The notes under the pieces: model-generated
Databases searched by the model: none
Told to the model about the DNA's origin: nothing
What the model saw: the letters and a program-made list of their open reading frames with translations, nothing else
Part shown: positions 11,531-23,854 of the stretch, in pieces
Numbering within the stretch: position 1 is the stretch's first letter
How the letters are laid out: each line of letters opens with the position of its first letter
Translations under genes and position numbers: made by a program
NCBI RefSeq assembly: GCF_000143415.4
Contig: NW_003314264.1
Location: forward strand, 1-28,885
Length of the DNA stretch: 28,885 bases
Source: Selaginella moellendorffii
Taxonomy: Eukaryota; Plantae; Lycopodiophyta
Reading direction: 5' to 3'

Positions 11531-12035
11531 TGATATCTAATAAGTCTAGTTTACCTCCAATAGGGCTTGACCTAAGTGGTAAGGTGTCAAGAGAGTAGGG
11601 CTCGAGAGAGAGTTACAGTTCTTAGCTTCCGTTCACGAGGATGTGAACTTATAGGGAATTATAGTGGATTATAAATAACCAAAGAGAACGACTCGAGAGA
11701 TGATCTATAAAAGTCTAAATTCAGAAGCTTACATCAACCTTAGACCTAATTTTAAACTTGGTCTCAAACTCAATCTTAGACTTGGCCTCGTACTTCCATA
11801 TATCACAACACTTGCTACGTGTTGGTCCTTCTTTTGTCCCTTTCTAAAGAATTTCTTATTAATTAATTTATGCTTATTTCTTGAGCACTTCTTTGGGAGT
11901 TTCACTCCCACTCTCGAATTTTTGAGTTAGAGCTTTTGGTCTAAACATATTACACTCATTACACTTCCATATTAACCACTACCACATGGATCATCTTTGG
12001 CTCCATTTTGGGACTTAGAGATTTTATCCTGCACA
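11531..12035 (-). mobile_element. Old, AT-decayed LTR copy of the Z family, inverted relative to 9837
   Basis: 11805-12035 is the reverse complement of Z with many C>T/G>A changes. 11730-11790 is a decayed reverse complement of the hexamer array. Left boundary uncertain. Confidence 0.65.
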
Positions 12036-12039
12036 AAGA

Positions 12040-12510
12040 TGTTTGGGACAAGCTTGATTCAAAGATAATTGATATAGCTACAGAACTTGGTGAGATTCCA
12101 GTGGTGTGTAAATAAGCACAGCTAATTCCAAGAATATAAGGTGGGAGATTGAAACAAATAAAGAGTGAACCATAGGCCAACCTCCCAACCCTTAAGGACT
12201 TTCAGCCTTAAATCCTACAGGCCATAAATATGCTTAGAATATTCCTATGGTTCATGTCATTCTCCCCTCCCTTATAACCAAGCTACAGACAGTAGTCTCA
12301 AGAAGCTAAATGAGCCTCAAATAAAGAGAGTCCAAGGCAATACGGCCATGGAGAAAAAATGTGTAAATGGCAACACTAATGTTGCAAGAAATGGCCATGA
12401 AAAAAAGAAAGCAATACAGCTTTCTCGCATAACAATACAGTCATGGAAACAAGAGAATGAAAATAAAACAAACAGCTTAAATCATATAGCAATATGGCTT
12501 TACAACTCAA
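12040..12510 (-). mobile_element. Probable 3' LTR of the chromovirus
   Basis: Directly downstream (minus strand) of the PPT. No second copy in the window to confirm it. Confidence 0.4.
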
Positions 12511-12524
12511 TTCTCCCCTTCCTC
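12511..12524 (-). other. Polypurine tract
   Basis: Minus strand GAGGAAGGGGAGAA immediately after the chromodomain end of pol. Confidence 0.7.
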
Positions 12525-12539
12525 AAGAATGTTATCCAA

Positions 12540-15500
12540 GTCATAATTAAAACTTAAAAATATTCTCTTCTTGTCATCTTCAATTTTCCATGTAGCTTCA
12601 TCTATAGAATAACCATTTTACTGAACTAACAACTCCATAGTTATCTTCTAGCATATTTCCACCAATCTTTGAGTAAAAATATTGGCTAGACCAGCCTTCT
12701 CAACATTAATCTCTAGAACTTGGATAAGGACTGATCCATGACATCACCAGGGTGTAAACACACTTTAAACTTACTCACATGGAATGTTGGATGAATCTTT
12801 GAACTATCTAGCAAGTCCAAAGTGTATACAAGATCCCCCATGTGCTGTAAAATTGTCCAAGGCCCACAATACTATAAAGACAACTTAGCACTGCCACCTC
12901 TTTTTAGAGATTGTTATGCATTCAACAGCTTAAGGAAATCCTTGTCACCAACTTTGTACTCTTGATAACAATGATGCTCATCAACCAATCTTTTGTCTCA
13001 ATCTTAAGCTTGCCTTATGTTCAACTTTGCCAACTCAAGCTTATCTTGCATATCCTCCAGGATATCACAAGCATGAAGTACTCAAACTCACAGAAGACCT
13101 AGGCTCGTAACCATACATCACCATAAATGGAGATATGCCAATAGCCAATTGATGAGCACTATTATGAGCAAACTGAAGCAAAGACAATTACTTCTCCTAT
13201 ACTCCCTATCGATTCATGTTTCCCATAAAAAACCTTAACTCATCTTCTAACAACTGATTCATGTGCTCTATCTGCCCATCTAATTATGGATGCTCACCAC
13301 TACTCATACTCAACCTAGTCTCTAACTTCTCAAAGATCGTTTGCCAAAACTTGGTGTGAACTTGGGATCCTAATCACTCATAATATCACTTGGCAAACCA
13401 TAGAGACTGAATAACTAGTCTACAAACAATTGAGCAAGTTCAGAAGCTTTAATAGTCATTTTCACTGGGAAGAAATGAGCTATATTCATCAAACAATCCA
13501 CAACAACCCAAATAACATCATTTCCTCGAAAGATTTTGGGTAAACTAGTGATAAAGTCTATTGAGATGCTATTCCACTCATTCTCGGGTACACATAGAGG
13601 ATGATAAAGGCCAATGAGCTTCTAATGATCAACTTTGGCTGCCTGGTAGGTTAAACAACCACATACATACTTCTCAACATTTGACTTCATCGCAGGCCAA
13701 GAGAAATGCCTCTTCACCAACACATATAGTTTCAATACCCTTGGATGCCCAACATTAAGCACATCATGACATTGATGAGTTTGTCAACATGAGAAGCCAC
13801 CACACGTCCCTTCTTCACTAGGATTCCATCTTATATCTTGAATGATGCAAACTTGTCACTCTTCATATCTATAGAGAGGTGTCCCTCAGCAAAACCTTCG
13901 TGCAAATATCAGTGATAAAGGAGTCAAAGTCAGCAAACTCCTTAAGCTCATCAAAGAGATTGCTAGATAGCTTCATGAATGAGATAGAATTTACCATCCT
14001 AGATAATGCATTAGCCACCTTATTGTCACATATACTAAATCTTAATAGACATTTCCTGCAAGAACTCTTGCCAATGAGTAAGGCAGCCTCAAAGATCCTT
14101 TTTTCAACTGAAATGCTGGAGAGACCAATGATTTGAGTCCACATGGAACTCCAATCTATACAGATAATGTTGCCATTCCTTCACAACATACAACTCCTTA
14201 TCTCGAGTAGGCCAATTCTACTATATAGCATCAAACTTATGGCTCATGTACGTAAGAGGATGTTCAACTTGAAGCAAGATGACATCAATAGCATCATCAC
14301 TTGCATCTGTCTTGACCACAAGAGACTGGTTAGGATAAAAAATCTTCAATACAGGAGTAGGAGATATAACATTGCTTCAAATGTTGAAATGCCACTTGAT
14401 ACCTCTCATCCCAACCATGAATAATAGCATGTTTCGATGTGTTCTGGAGAAGATTAGTCAAGGGAGCTGCTATCTCTAAAAAGTCCTTCACAAATCATAA
14501 AAAAGCTCTAGCCATACCAAAAACTATAGAGATTATTATAAGCAACCAAAGAGAACAACTTAAGAGATGATCCACAAGATTTATATATAGAGGGAAAGGG
14601 TCCATAAATAAAAGTGCACCCCCTTTTCCAATTGGTTAAGGGTCTTGGGATACTTAAGGTTAAGTATCCTTGGGTTTGAATAGTATTGGGCTGGATTATC
14701 TCTTGGGAAGTCCAAATTTAGGAGCTTACAATCATGCACTATCGAAAGTATAGGCTCGTCTCTCAAGTCATTCTTTTTGGTTGCTTACAATCCACCACAC
14801 TTCCCTACAAGTTCACACCCTTATAAATGGAAGTTGAGAACCACAACCATGACTTAGATCTTTGCAAGATCAACTCTCACTCCATATACTGAAATCAAAT
14901 GCCCAAGATATCCAATCTCCTCCAAAAAATATTCGCACTTAGATAATTTTGAGTAGAGCTTGTTGTCCCTCAAAAGTTTCAAAACACTACACACATGCAT
15001 CTCATGTTCCTCCACTGAAGAGCTAAATACCAAGATATCATCAAAATAATCAATTGCAAACTTTCCTAAGGCTGTACAACTTGATTCATCAATCTCTAAA
15101 AAGTTGCAGGAGCATTTATCAAACCAAATGGCATCACCAAAAACTCATGACCCATCCTTGTTTGGAATGTGGTTTTTGGAACATCCTCTGGCTTGACACA
15201 AATCTGATGATACCCTTGCCTCAAATCAATTTTTGAGAAATATCAAACACCACAAAGACAATTGAGCAAATCATCGATATATGGGATTGGGAACATATTC
15301 TTCACCATCCTATCATTCAATCCTTTGTAGTTTATGCAGAAATGCCATGTACCATCTTTCTTCTTGACCATCACCATTGGAGCAGCCTAAAAAGAGTTGT
15401 TGATCCATAACCACCCTTTCCGAAGGTACTCAGCAAGCTGCCTATTAATCTCTTCATTTTCAGTAGGATTAGTATGAGTTGGTTGTCATTAATAAAGAGT

Positions 15501-16260
15501 AGCTCTAGGAACCAAGTCAATCTCATGCTAAATTCCACGTTCGGGAGGCAAACCATTAGACAACTCATCTGGAAATACATTATGGAACTCCTCTTGAATG
15601 AAATCCACCTAAACCCTATGCCCACAAATATACTCCAAATCAGACATGATCATATTAGAAAAAAAAACAAGTACACCACAAAAGATCTAGCTATCTCGCA
15701 TGTCACCAGCTCCAAAGCATGGAGTATCAATATTATCTATCATGACAATCTCTTTTACAGTGCCATCAACTTTGATATGCAGAACATTATGCTCCCAATC
15801 AATCTCTGGCTTCCTATCATAACACCATTCCTTCCCAAGAATAACATCTGTGCGACCAAGATCCATAACTTAGAACAAGGGATGGTCAAGAATCCTCTGA
15901 ACCATCAAAGGAACACTCAGAGCTTATTCACCATAAACACGAGTGCTACATCCATCTGCCATAACCACCTCATAAATTTCTGAACTCTTTTCCACAGACA
16001 AACCAAGTTGCTCGAGACTTAGATTCTTGAACTTTTCCCACAAGGTGTGGAAGAGTCACCATAGCACCATATCCACAATGGATTCCACCACATTTATCTT
16101 AGCATTCTTTGATCCCTTCACAAGAGGATAATCTTTGCCATGACATCTAGCCTTCTAACAATGAAAACAATTACCCTCTATCTTGTCTTTCTCTCATTGG
16201 TCCAAATGATTTCTTTTGGCCTCATTGCCATCTCCACTCTTCAAGCCATTATGAAATAAT
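12540..16260 (-). mobile_element. Degenerate Ty3/gypsy chromovirus gag-pol (Zn knuckle, protease, RT, RNase H, integrase, chromodomain), 5'-truncated
   Basis: Minus-strand motifs in gypsy order: EGNCFHC (~16170); [54 protein letters not shown]; RNase H KTDASDDAIDVILLQ; integrase ISIDFITSLP, HP*LDGQIEHMNQLLE, SPFMVMYG, YCGPWTI..IHPTFHVSKFK; chromodomain ELLVQ*NGYSIDEATWK. Many stops and frameshifts. Confidence 0.93.
14430..14845. mobile_element. Composite insertion of LTR fragments inside the chromovirus RT-RNase H tether
   Basis: pol homology stops near 14850 and resumes near 14425. Contains 36-bp inverted repeats (14535-14570 / 14756-14791) similar to 11669-11705, and a core (~14611-14742) resembling the reverse complement of 750-911. 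Confidence 0.6.
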
Positions 16261-16819
16261 AGTTGTTTCTTCCCCGATTATGAAGTATTGGTAGGCTGGT
16301 CAAGTCACAGTCAGATTATCATTGTTGACTGATTGGTCAATAGTCCATGTGACTGGTTGGCAGAATAGTCACAAATAGCGCACAATGTTGACTAGTCAAT
16401 GGTTGACCTGCAGCTTTTTAAAGCTACTTAAAAGTCAAGTTTGAGTGAATTCATGAAAGGCTTTAAATCAATTTCATGTTCAATTCCATAATAAGGTGGA
16501 ATGCTTATGGGCAGTATCTTAGGAAAAACTCGGTATAACCCAATATTTTAGAGTCCTTATGTAACATGCACAATAGCAAGTAACTCCTGCTCAAAATTTA
16601 AATACCTCTTCTCAGCATCATTAAACTTACAATTTCATAAGCAATGGCATGCCCATTTGCATAGAACAGCCTAAAGTGCACCACATGCACAATATATACA
16701 TCATATAATTGTGTCACATCAAGCACTGCCATTCTTCTTGAGAAGGCTAAAATAAATAGCACTCCATGAAAAAGTATGCCCAAACCTTATTAGGATATGG
16801 CTTATTGTCCTCTTAGTGT

Positions 16820-16892
16820 CCTCTGTAGAGACAATATGGCTTAAATACTCCACCTTGGTTTTAAGAAAGTCACATCTAAACATCTTAGCATT
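16820..16892 (-). mobile_element. Isolated gypsy RT fragment
   Basis: Minus strand translates AKMFRCDFLKTKVEYLSHIVSTED, matching the RT KCxF...VxYLGHxVS motif. Confidence 0.65.
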
Positions 16893-17754
16893 ATTTGGAA
16901 TTCATGTCAAACGAAATGTAAACAGAAAAATGATCATACAATGTCCCTTCCTTATCAGTGTAGGCCATTCTACCATTTCCGTGTAACCCAATGGCAGATG
17001 TGTGGCTATGCAAAGGGTATGCACAAAGTTGCATCTTCTCTCTTGGCTCCAAGATTTTTGTTTTTCCTCCACATCCGCATCACTAAAATCATTGATCCCA
17101 AGATTCATGTCCCTGCTCAAATCCATCAGCATGTGAGCTGGCAACATGAAAATCCTCATTGTTTGAAGAGATGATCCACTTCCAATTTTTCATATTCATC
17201 CTCCATGAGATGGTTAAGGACGACCCTCTCGCCCAGCACTCAGTTCCTGGCTTCCAGAATCCAGGCATTATTAGACATTGCTGCCTTGTTCTTGTGAGTT
17301 CACAACTTAGATTCTAGCATTTGGAGCATGTGCCAAAAAGAAGGCTGATTCCCAACTCCATGGAAGCAGCTATTGGCTCAGCCATTGTTCAGTGTGACCA
17401 CTAGGAGTGTAACAAAGCCAATCCACTAAATAGTAAAGCTTACGATACCGGCCTTACAATCAAGTGGTCACCCCTTAAGCCAGTTGTCATAGGGTGTAAG
17501 GGATAGGATCTTAACATTAGTATCAAGAGCCCAGTTAGATTTTGTGTATGATGAGTGGGGCAGGAATATTCTGATGGAATGTTCAACATGGTGGGAACCA
17601 AGACCCTAATAGAAGTACCATGGCATGGTGGATCTGGAGGGATAACCAGGTTTGGTATACCCAAGAGAAGGACCACAGTGACTGGAGGGTGTCCTACGTA
17701 TCATCATGGATGATTATTCCCTAGCAAGGAGAGGAAAAGTAACAGTGAATGGCA

Positions 17755-17955
17755 AGGCAATGAATGCAAGGCTGATGACCTCTGTAAGGGAACTTGGCTC
17801 CACTTGAGAGACCTTCACATCATCACAGATAGCAGCCCAATTTCATAGTGCAGAATCATCCCAGGGAATGTCAACAGCAACCATCTGAAACTATGCTGCA
17901 TAGGTGAAAGATGTTTTAGAGCCATACTTCAGCTCCTAAATTTGTTGATGGCTGT
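17755..17955 (-). mobile_element. Retrotransposon gag (Retrotrans_gag-like) fragment
   Basis: Minus strand I*ELKYGSKTSFTYAA*FQMVAVDIPWDDSAL...DDVK...EPSSLTEVISLA fits the LxQG..S..Y...F..LA....WDDxAL pattern. Confidence 0.7.
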
Positions 17956-19575
17956 TTACTCTTTTGGTTTCTGGGCATGCCTTGTCTCCATGTTCTATGT
18001 TGTCGATCTGCTTCATGATCTCCATCCGCTAGTCAAAATCCCAGGACTGGGATCTCTTCATCTTTGAAGAACTCCTAAACTACTTCGCCTCACCTGTCAT
18101 CACCACCTTCCCTGCTCAGAGCCTTGAGTTTCCTCCTTACAGCCTTCTTGTCTTCACTGTCGGACTCATGAGTTCACTGTTGGACTCATTGTGGTGATCC
18201 TTGTGGTGATCATCAAAATGATCTCTCTCTTCTTGTGGATGAAGTTCATCTATCTCATCTTTTGTCACATCTCCTTGGCTCTTTGCTGGAAAGATGCCAG
18301 CACTGATTGTTTCGTATAGCAGCTTGATTTCCATCAATCAAAAGTGCGGACGTGAGCCAATGTTGTGACTTTCGTGACTGCCTTAAATGCTAGTGGCTGG
18401 CAATAAAACTCTAGGCGAAGATAGCAAGAAATGGTTGAGCTGGTGTAGATGCAGCATATGATGCAGTGTCTCCAGGTGACGAAACCATCTCCAACACAAA
18501 CTTGAGCTTTGCAGGGAGAGATTGGTAAGTGCTCCCAGTACTTTTTTCTTTTTGAATCAAGCTAGCTCAACCAGAAGTTTTGATGAACAGAACAGAGCCA
18601 AAAGAGGAGCTCAACAAAAGCAAAACCTGTCCTTCCTCTCACTTGGCTGCACAGAAGGAAGCAGCACGAGTAAGAGCAGGGAGCTGATGATCGAGCTGAC
18701 GATGCTAGTGCTTCAGCTTAAACACAGGTAGCCTTCGCTTTCCAGTGGAGCTTCCAAAGAATTCACTGACGAGCAAAGCAGGGGCATTTGTGGGAATTCA
18801 ATCGTCGTGATGTGAAGATCCAACATGAATGCTTGTTTCTATGGTAGTTCCTACGTGACAGTGCGGATTCTATCGGGAGCTTACCCAGCGCCTTGAGCGC
18901 CATCCATGGCCGACAAAGTGAACCAGGGAGATCTGTATCCAAAATTTCTCATCTATAAGCTTCAGTCATATTCCACAAAATTTTCCATTATTGACCTAAT
19001 GTGTAAAACGGTTAACATTGCTAATAATGATTAATTTCCCTTTTTAACTACTATCCAGCAACAAATAAGCAGTGAATATTGAGAGTTGAGTCGATGAGTC
19101 CTGCCAGTGTCCAGCACCACGATCATCGTCTCATCTCATCTCGTCTTGTCGTCGTCAATCCTGAGATTAGAAAGAAAGAACTTAAAAAAATCCAAGTCCA
19201 AGCAATAATCAAAAGGTCCAAAAGGTAAAGAGTCAATAAAGCAAGATCAAGCGAACAAGCCAGCCACAGTGTTCTTTGTGCTTAATACTTACCTCCTGTC
19301 GTACATTCGATTTGACAAGAAACATCGACTCTTTTTTAAGAATTATGTTTGACATCTCTTGCACCTAAAATGTCAACCTCTGTCGGAGCATAGTACGCCC
19401 GTGCCTAAAACCATCGAAAAATGTTCTTCACATAATTGGTCCTACAAATATAAAGGGTTTTCTCATTTCTTGAACTTAACTGATGTGGTGAAGAGAAAAA
19501 CTTCATCATTGCCTTATAAGGCGCTGATTGGAAGTACCGCCCTAAATTTTGTATTTAGTTATAGAAGTTCCTGCA

Positions 19576-20660
19576 ATGAAATGCTCAAGGATAATATTTC
19601 TTCTTGGTTTAGCTGGTGCTCTTCTCTGGAATCTAGCACGATTAAATCGTGAATACTGGCAAGCTCGTGCAATTGGAACGAAATTTGTAAGTCTGGTCAG
19701 ATTGATGCCTTACCACTTAATTGATCCAGTTACAGAACGAATCCCAGCTCCATAATCTTCACCTAGTCTTAAGGAATGCTGCATTTCTCGACCGAACGGT
19801 GGTAATTACAGCTGTGAATTGTGCCTGGGCCAATCCTGGGGGCATGCTGGATGTCTTCCTTGAGGCCTTTCACCACGGCAGCGGAACCGAGTCACTATTG
19901 GAGCATCTGGTGATCGTTTCAGTCGATAATGCATCGCATAAACGTTGCATGGAGATTCACAAGCACTGCTTTGAGCTTGAGACGAGTGGTTTAGATTTTT
20001 CATCCGAAAAGAAGTTCATGAGTCTGGATTACCAAAACATGATGTGGAGAAGAATTTTCTTTTTGGGAACTGTCCTTGAACTTGGCTATAGTTTTGTCTT
20101 TACGGTAAACTAACATAGTAACTCCCTTCTCATATGAACTTGACCTTTTTTAGGACACTGATGTCATTTGGCTGCGGAGTCCTTTCAAACACTTTGATTC
20201 CTATGCAGATATTGAAATTGCCGTAGAGAAGTTTCCCAAGCACCCAAAAAGCGTGAATAATGGCTACATTTACGTCCGCTCAAACAACCGGACTATTGAA
20301 TTCTATAAACTGTGGTATAAACTGCGAAATTCGTTTCTAGGCAAGCACGAACAAGACATTCTTAACATGATGTTACACTCAACGTACTCAATGCATCCGG
20401 AGTTTTGGAAGCTGGGATTGAAGACAAGGTTTTTAAATTCAACTTTGTTCAGCAGCTTTTGCAACCAGGCCAGCAGGAGCTTGGATTTGAATCAAGCATG
20501 TACTGTGCATGCAAACTGCTGCTCTGATCTCAAGAAAAAGATACGCGACCTGAAATTGGTTGTGGATGACTGGAAAACTTTCCAGGCAAATACTGGAGGA
20601 AATGAGCAGGGGTCAATGAAACTGAGAGCTCCCAGAGAATGTCTTCACTATCAGGTTTAA
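19576..20660 (+). CDS. Nucleotide-diphospho-sugar transferase family glycosyltransferase (Nucleotid_trans / GT77-like), ~330 aa type II membrane protein
   Basis: Exons 19576-19686, 19730-20104, 20154-20660 with GT-AG introns of 43 and 49 nt; 993 nt in frame. N-terminal anchor IIFLLGLAGALLW; motifs RTVVITAVNCAWA, MMWRRIFFL..VLELGYSFVFT-DTDVIWLR (DxD), NNGYIYVRSNNRTIEFY, HEQDILN, TVHANCC. Confidence 0.93.
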
Positions 20661-21320
20661 TCATATCAGTAATTCTACGGCTCCATCCGGGCTTTGGGAC
20701 AATGTGGGCAAGGCTTTACTATCTATCTATGCACAAAAAGGAGGCAAAATGTTTTTAGTTCTATTCTGGTTCGCGGCCCAAGAGGCAAAAGGTTTCTTAG
20801 AAGTCGTTCATGGATGTGCTTACGATCGGGACAAATGAGTGGAGCTTCACGGCCAGTTTTCCTCTTCTCTAAACCCATAAATTAAGAAAAGAAGCTACTG
20901 TGAAAGACCAAGAGAGGAATGAAAGAAACCTGAGATCGGAATCTCTTGGATCTGTGTATATCCTAGCAAGTAGATCTTACTCAATATTTTCACAGGCAGG
21001 TTTGAGAGATATAGTGCTCATTTATAGTATTACTATGTATCCCTGATCTATTTGATGCTCCCAGAGTATTCGAGAAATAGTGCCCGTAATTTTTTTAAGG
21101 AGCTGTTATATCATAATTGGGAGATCTAGGTTTTTCCTCGAACTTGATGACGTCTTCGTTATATTTTTTTTTAACATTTCTTTATTCTTAACTATAATTA
21201 TTTTTCTTGAGCAGAACTTCCTTTTTGAAACTAATTTGGGTGACTTGTCCTCTAGTCTCTAACCTCTTTCTAGTTTGGCTGTTGTCAAGGGATCTTTCTA
21301 AAAATTATTGCATAGAGAGC

Positions 21321-23854
21321 CTACAGTTCTTTGGAACGTCGAATCCTTTGAAGCATATGGACCACATCTGACATTGTTGGCCGCTCCTGAGGCGATTCTT
21401 GAGTGCATAATAATGCAAGCTCCGTACAGAGGACAATACTTGTATGATGGTGCTTTAGTTCCATAATTTGAGGATCTAAAATGTCAGAAAGAGTTGTAGG
21501 GTAGAACTGTTGCACCCATAGTGCAAGTCCACCTTGCCAAGAAACGTCACCTTGTGGACTTATTCGTGTAAGTACCTCAAGAATTAAAACGCCATAACTA
21601 AACACGTCACCTTCTCGCGTTCGTATGCTGGAAAACATGTACTCTGCTTCCTAAATCAAATGGGTCTGTTAATCCACAATTAAAAATGGCTTAAAACTTC
21701 ACCTGGCGGCAAGTTTTCCTCTGAAGAAGGATTACCAGCAATCCTGTAGTTGCTTATATGAGGTTTGAAGAGTGCATCAAGTAGGATGCTTCTTGTTCTA
21801 AAATCGCACCACAGAAGAGACTCCCATTCGTGATGCATATAAGCAACAGCTTCTGCGATTCCCAAAATAATATCCAGCCTCTGTATCCAAGTCAAATCAC
21901 ACACTTCTCCTGCGTATAGATGCTTCTCAAGGCTTCCATTTGGCATCAATTCTGAAACCAAAGCCACCATATTCACACTGTTGCAACAGCCAACAACCTT
22001 TACTATGTTTGGGTGCAAGACTTTGGCGAACATCTTGGCCTCCATAGAGAAACTCCTACGATTGCTTCCGTAATACTCAGGGCTAAGTACTTTAACAGCA
22101 ACTTCCAAGCCGTCCGAAAGTTCAGCCTTATAGACGGTGCATAATGCTGAAGAGCCGATATAGTTAATACTGCTAAAATCCTCTGTGGCCCTCTGGAGTG
22201 CCTCGGAAGTCAGCCTGCGAAGTACACCCGCTGGAAAACTGCTGTTCAGCTCGTCAGTCTCGTCACGGCAACAAAACCACCACGTCAAAATCATTATGAC
22301 AGTCATAGTGAGGACCAACCCTGCCGCTGAAACCATCATACCTCCAGGAGCGACAGTTCGACCAACATATGTAGTACATGACTTGTTAAGAATAGGCCCA
22401 CACAAATCCGCATTCCCTACAAATGATGACGCAGGAAAGTTGAGATTTGTCGGTATAATTCCCGAGAGTTTGTTAAATGCAAGGTCTAGAAATGTCAGCC
22501 TGGGTAAAGTACCAATTGCTGCAGGAATTGTTCCCCCGATTGCGTTTCCAGAGACATCGAGCTCGGTTAGCTCACTGAGATACCCAAACTCTTCCGGTAG
22601 CCTTCCACTAAGATGATTCTCTGAGAGATTTAAGCATTCCAGGCTTCGCATTTTTATGATAGTATAGGGTATAATCTCCTTTAAAAGATTGTGAGACAGG
22701 TCTAAAACACTCAATCTTGCGCAATCACCTATCTGTGGAGGGATGTTACTAGATAGGTTGTTGTACGAAAAGTTGAGGCTGAGAACCCTGGTCATAGTTC
22801 CAAGTGTAGAGGGGATGACGCCTTCTAGGTGATTCTGAGATATGTCTACGTCAAGAATATTAGGAAGGGTAGCAAGATCGTCGGGAATGGCCAGAAAATT
22901 GTTTCTCGAGACCTGAAGACGCACCAGATTGTTATATCCATTAATGCCAGTAGGCAAACCCGAATTGAACGAGTTAGCCCTCAAATCCAAAACGCTAAGC
23001 GTTGGAATCTCACCAACAGCACTTGGGATGGCACCGGATAAAGCGTTGCAGCTGAGATTCATAATCACCAAGTTTCCACATTTGTTTATTTTATCAGGAA
23101 TTGTACCCTGTATGCTATTCTGACTGATATCCAGCTCCTGGAGTGCGACGAGATTTCCCAATGTTGCTGGCAGAACGTTATCAAAATTGTTTGCTCTAGC
23201 AATGAACTTTGCCAGTTTTGGCCAATTCACCACTGTTTGATTGAGGACAGAGCCTTTGAATTTGTTAGAGCTCAAGTCCAAGAACTCAAGATTTTTTAGA
23301 ATCGATATGGTCTCAAAAGGATATCCAGACAACATGTTGCCAGCAACAGAGAGGTGAGCCAAATGCGTCAGGTTTGAAAATGTGGGAGGCAAGATACCAT
23401 AGAGATTGTTGTCGTTGATGCGAAGAACTTTGAGCTTTGTAAGAAATCCAAGCTCTAATGGAACATCCGCTGTAAGCAGATTGTAAGCCACGTTGAATTC
23501 AGTGAGCTCCTTACACCTTGAAATTTGCGTGGGAATTCCCCCCATGAAGGAATTATTTGAGAGATCAAGTACTGTAAGCTCCGTCAGATCGGTGATGCTA
23601 GGTGTAATCGCGCCATAGAGAGTAAGCCCGGCCAAATTCAAAGCACTCACTCGGCGGCTGGCTGAGCATGAGACGCCTTTCCAAGAGCAAGCGTCCCCAG
23701 AAAAGCTTAGGTACCAATTTCGGAGCGACATGTAGGTATCGTTCCAAATCGTAGATCTGAATTGAAGAAGGCTGTACGCGTCTTTCATGGCTGGGCTTTC
23801 CTGAGCGCTCAAGAATAGTGCATGCTGCAGTAGCAAGAAGGCCTGGAAAAGCAT
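21321..23854 (-). CDS. LRR receptor-like kinase (LRR-XII/FLS2-like architecture), ~824 aa, probable pseudokinase
   Basis: ATG at 23854; signal peptide MLFQAFLLLQHALFLSA; N-cap CSWKGVSC; ~17 plant LRRs; C-cap SFVGNADLCG; TM helix; kinase domain. Exons 23854-21703 and 21643-21321; the 59-nt phase-1 intron restores PP-E-Y at the usual RLK intron position. Confidence 0.93.

Noticed and set aside
13869-15983. Plus-strand ORFs of 60-169 aa over the chromovirus
   Set aside because: Antisense shadows or frameshifted pieces of the minus-strand pol.
17250-17285. AWILEA as a copia protease WILDSG remnant
   Set aside because: Too short, lacks the catalytic Asp, and no other copia motifs are nearby.
22185-23123. 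Plus-strand ORFs within the RLK
   Set aside because: Antisense shadow ORFs of the intact minus-strand gene.
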